A model generated the notes under the pieces. The model saw only the letters and a list, made by a program, of their open reading frames with translations, searched no databases and had not been told where the DNA came from. 64,000 bases of DNA from Haliotis rubra (taxonomy: Eukaryota): NCBI RefSeq assembly GCF_003918875.1, contig NW_025764992.1:434001-498000 (forward strand), written 5' to 3'. Positions 60,081 through 64,000 of this stretch are shown piece after piece (positions within the stretch are counted from its first letter, which is position 1; each line of letters begins with the position of its first letter). The position numbers were made by a program, and so were the translations under genes.

Positions 60081-62134
60081 TTACAATTAAATAAGTCTCA
60101 ACGGAAATAAAACAATTCATTCCAATATGTTGTCTTGTACGTCCAGTGGAATCTGTTTTGACTGATAATCGAGAGAAAATAGTCGATATCTCTGAGTTGG
60201 ATATATTTACTTCATTAAAACAACGTATACACAGGGAAAAAAGTATCCATATTTTTCATATTATCAGTATGTTACCATAGCAAAGGAACTTATCCAAATC
60301 TCAATTTAACTTACTAAATGGCAAAACTGAAAACAAACAGAACGGAAAAGAGTAGTTTATTCAGAGAAGCAAACATTGCAAAACAATACTTATTTTGTTG
60401 TATGTCATTGACGTTACTACCAGTTTCAATAATCCATCCACACGCACAGCTGTAGCCAATCTAAACACATAGCTGATATCATCATCCGAGTACCCAAGCT
60501 CAACACAACACTGATATCTCCACATAAGCAGAACGTAAATGAAACGTCTTCCCGGAATATTTAGTGACAAGATGTAATGCTCAAATACTCATTCAAATGC
60601 CTGTCAACACACCTAACAGTTAAAATATGCGAAACACACTCTGTAGTTAATGGGACGGGCGTAGTAATGCATTTATTAGTAACCTAAACTTTGTACATTA
60701 TCCAAATTCAACGTTGACAAAGGCGTTGTTTCCATAAATACAACACTCGTAGTTGATGAATCGGTCAGCGTGTTCTCTCTCAATAAGCAATAACCTGCAC
60801 AACTCTCTCTCAATAAGCAATAAGGTCGTCTGCGAACAACTCTCTCGATCAGCGATCTGATGAGGAGTTATATTATATTTATCAAGTTTCTTGCCAATTG
60901 ACTGAAACTATTTCAGCTTGTTTTTATTTCCTGGCTCATTTTTTGAGTGCAAGGAAAACAAAAACTATTGGGCAGGCCAAAGGTCGCAATCAATGGCGAA
61001 TTTCTACAGGGCACAATGACGATAGTTTAGAATTGACTTCCGTGGTTAAACAACGCCAATCAACTGAAAGGAAGTGACCAGATTCTCTCTCAAGTAATCA
61101 GCGATCTGATGGGACATATTGGAAAACATGATTTTTATAGTTCTATTTTTAACACATTTTTCAATGATGCTTTGAATAGTATACTATGGACCTGGCTCTA
61201 AGGGAATATTATTTTTAACTGCTGATGGAATAAAATATGATGTTGAGTCGGAGTTTCTTAACTCATAACTTTTCCTGTTTCCTACTACAATAAGTCCTAA
61301 AGAAAGACAGGCCCTTGTGAATTTTATAAAATATTGTTAATTTACAGGTCGTTTCACAAAACAATGAAGACGAACGGGCACGAGTTTTCTAACAGGCCAA
61401 TGAATTCGATAATACTGTTTGCGATGAATAGAAAATGTGTACGATTAAATCTGTAGAAGATATATTGCATAACCTAAAACTACCAAACACAATGTGAATG
61501 AACAGTTAGGGCAAATGCTTAACCTCAACCCCACAAGCATAGCTCTCATAGTCTGTTTTGTTATAACAGACAATGAAAGTGAAGTACCAAGATGTTTGTC
61601 TAAGAATGTTTTACCTATCGTTAGAAGCTTAAAGACGTCATATTACTTGATGCCAAAAGCTTCAACATTTTCTGAAAATACATCAGATGAACCCTGTATT
61701 TTAAACTCTGTGTTCATCTTGCTGGTAAAATGAATATGTTGAATGGATAGATGGAAATTCGGAATGATACGTAACTACCTTAGGGAATGAGAAGATTTAT
61801 ATATTTACGGAGGTTTGCCAATCCAATGAAATAATCACATTCCAACCTTCGTAAACTTAGAAAAGATTCTGGAATTTGTTCCTATTATTGGAAGGGATAA
61901 ATCGGAAATACTATATGGTTGAGGTATCAGTTTTTAATTCATGCTTGCAAAGTCTGCAAATTCGGCCATAGCATAGGAAAAATTAGACATAGGGCCATAT
62001 AAACGGCATATGCCTTGTGCAGTATATTTCTAAGGGATAAGGGTAACGCAGTGCATCGAACAATGCAACACACAAGCTTCGGTCATAGCATACACTTCCT
62101 ACTGAAGTCTTATTATCGTTATTTAAATGGTGTA

Positions 62135-62275
62135 CTATCCGGCTGGTGGTCCCAGACACTCTTGATCAGTGGTCAGGATACCAGCATCGTTAGTACGCAG
62201 GTTCGGGGTGTAGTAGATCGCCATTCCTGATTGGTCGAAATAGTCACTCCTCATCTGGGGATTGTTCCAGTGCAC
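62135..62275 (-). pseudogene. Orphan exon of a DBH-like copper type II monooxygenase (MOXD1/TBH family)
   Basis: Acceptor ctctcttcacAG, then VHWNNPQMRSDYFDQSGMAIYYTPNLRTNDAGIL..., which decays into a TAG stop. Confidence 0.75.
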
Positions 62276-62847
62276 CTGTGAAGAGAGAATGGGCCAGAAA
62301 TATGTTTGACAAACTCGACTCTGGTCGAAGTATAGGACAGACATGAGTATATCTCTTGCAAGCTGTGGTCAGATGACAAAACACATTTCTCGTCTTGCCA
62401 ACAGTGACATCATCAAAGCAGTTTCTAATGATGCATTTCCCAAACAGACAGACACGCCTCCAATGAAGGACGTTACACATAATAATATTATCCGGGTAAG
62501 TCCAAAAAGCACTCTTGTTGCACCGCTAGTTACAGTACAACCTATAAGTGTAGATTCCACTTTTCGCTTTAATCTTTGGAGAATTATGGGTAGCTTGGGT
62601 GGAAATATAAATATATGTAAGATTGCATCTGTTTGACCCAATAATGTTTTTATCGTTTTATGAATTTTGTATTGAGTCGTAGGGATTGGTCAGTTCAGTG
62701 GCTGAAATATCTGCTGCTACCAAAATGAGTGAATTATTAGTATTTGTACAGTAACGTGTAAATGTATTTTCACTTCTGGTGCCATCAATAGTATTTAACA
62801 ATATTGGGCAGTGGAATAATTATAGAGGGTACCGCTACTGTGACAAA

Positions 62848-62988
62848 NNNNNNNNNNNNNNNNNNNNNNNNNNNNNNNNNNNNNNNNNNNNNNNNNNNNN
62901 NNNNNNNNNNNNNNNNNNNNNNNNNNNNNNNNNNNNNNNNNNNNNNNNNNNNNNNNNNNNNNNNNNNNNNNNNNNNNNNNNNNNNNNN
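62848..62988. other. Assembly gap (N run)
   Basis: Run of N. Confidence 1.
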
Positions 62989-63353
62989 AAGAGCTAGCTT
63001 CTTAAGCCGTTTACCCCAATCCTGATTCCCACCGTCTCGTGTTTACAATCACCGGAGCTGCCCAGTGTCCAGAGGCTAATGCTGGAATTACAACTTAAAC
63101 CAGGCAGCATACCACACCGATAGGGGAAGGGGGGTTACAGCTTCGTCTGAAAGGTGACAGAGTGTCCGGAGGTCAGAGGTTTCATCATACCAAAAGATGT
63201 CACATGTACGTAATACTTGCTACTCTGCTTGTTATGGAGATAAATCAGAGAGAAGTGGGACTGTACGACTGCAGACATTCCTTAAGGCAGCTACGTCAAT
63301 AAAACCAAAGCTTAATGACGGTAGTATTATTATCTACTCAGGACCAGGCACTG

Positions 63354-63517
63354 AGTGAGTGAGTATGGTTTTACGCCGCTTTTAGCAGTATTCCAGCAAG
63401 ATCACCTCGGGGAAACACCAGAAATGGGCTTCACTCATTGTATCCATTTGGGGAATCAAACCCGGGTCTTCGGTGTGACGAGCGAACGCTTTAACCACTA
63501 GGCTACCCCACCGCCCC
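63354..63517 (-). mobile_element. SINE family A with 12-bp TSD
   Basis: TSD GACCAGGCACTG. Confidence 0.92.
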
Positions 63518-63806
63518 GACCAGGCACTGTTGAGCATTGAGCATTGCAGTAAGTAGGTCATCGAGCTGGTATTAGTGAATGGCTGTACTGATGTAAATTA
63601 AAACAAAGTTTCGAACCATCTAGAAGAAAGTGAATCAGATGATTCTGATGACAAGCGTAGATTGATGGGATCTCTCTTCCAGTTTTATCTCGACAGTCTG
63701 TGATGAGACGATGAAAGACCAGACAACCTAGTGACTGATATCAGGACGAATACCTGCACTCCAGCAAGTCAGTGTGCCTAACCACCTGTACATTCTAGTC
63801 TCTAGT

Positions 63807-63807
<1 letters not shown>

Positions 63808-63858
<51 letters not shown>
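63808..63858. repeat. (AG)n microsatellite
   Basis: Direct inspection. Confidence 0.95.
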
Positions 63859-63860
<2 letters not shown>

Positions 63861-64000
63861 CGTTTACGAAGATGCTTGTCACAGTAGCGGTACCTTCTAT
63901 AATTATTCCAGTGCCCAATGTTGTTACATACTATTGATGTTGTTAAATACTATTGATGACACCAGAAGTGAATACTGTACAAATACTAATAATTCACTCA

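Larger units (their letters stand above)
62726..64000. mobile_element. Element with long (>=120 bp) inverted repeats, running off the window end
   Basis: 62726-62846 is approximately the reverse complement of 63876-64000. Confidence 0.7.

Noticed and set aside
62369-62641. Hydrophobic 90-aa ORF
   Set aside because: No recognisable family motif; lies in the presumptive intron upstream of the orphan exon.

Overview
Eukaryotic, intron-rich and repeat-rich animal DNA; the repeat content suggests a mollusc, possibly an abalone-type gastropod, but that is inference only. The window holds a cluster of four paralogous ecto-5'-nucleotidase (CD73/NT5E/apyrase family) genes. Gene 1 (- strand) has exons 1-3 at 10732..831 and runs off the left edge. 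Gene 2 (+, 25090-35341), gene 3 (-, 44013-37870) and gene 4 (-, 59383-50513) each have 9 GT-AG exons with matching lengths. All metal-binding and catalytic motifs are kept, but the nucleoside-pocket residues differ between paralogs. Each complete paralog has exactly one 1-bp deletion in a short homopolymer, so these are either assembly errors or pseudogenes. The rest is Tc1/mariner transposons and relics, MITEs, several SINE families, large minisatellites and two N-gaps. The SINEs include a tRNA-headed family, a 5S-headed copy, and a family with no tRNA head whose fixed 5' end can fold into a pseudoknot. There is also an orphan exon of a DBH-like (MOXD1-type) copper monooxygenase. I found no CRISPR array or prokaryotic system.
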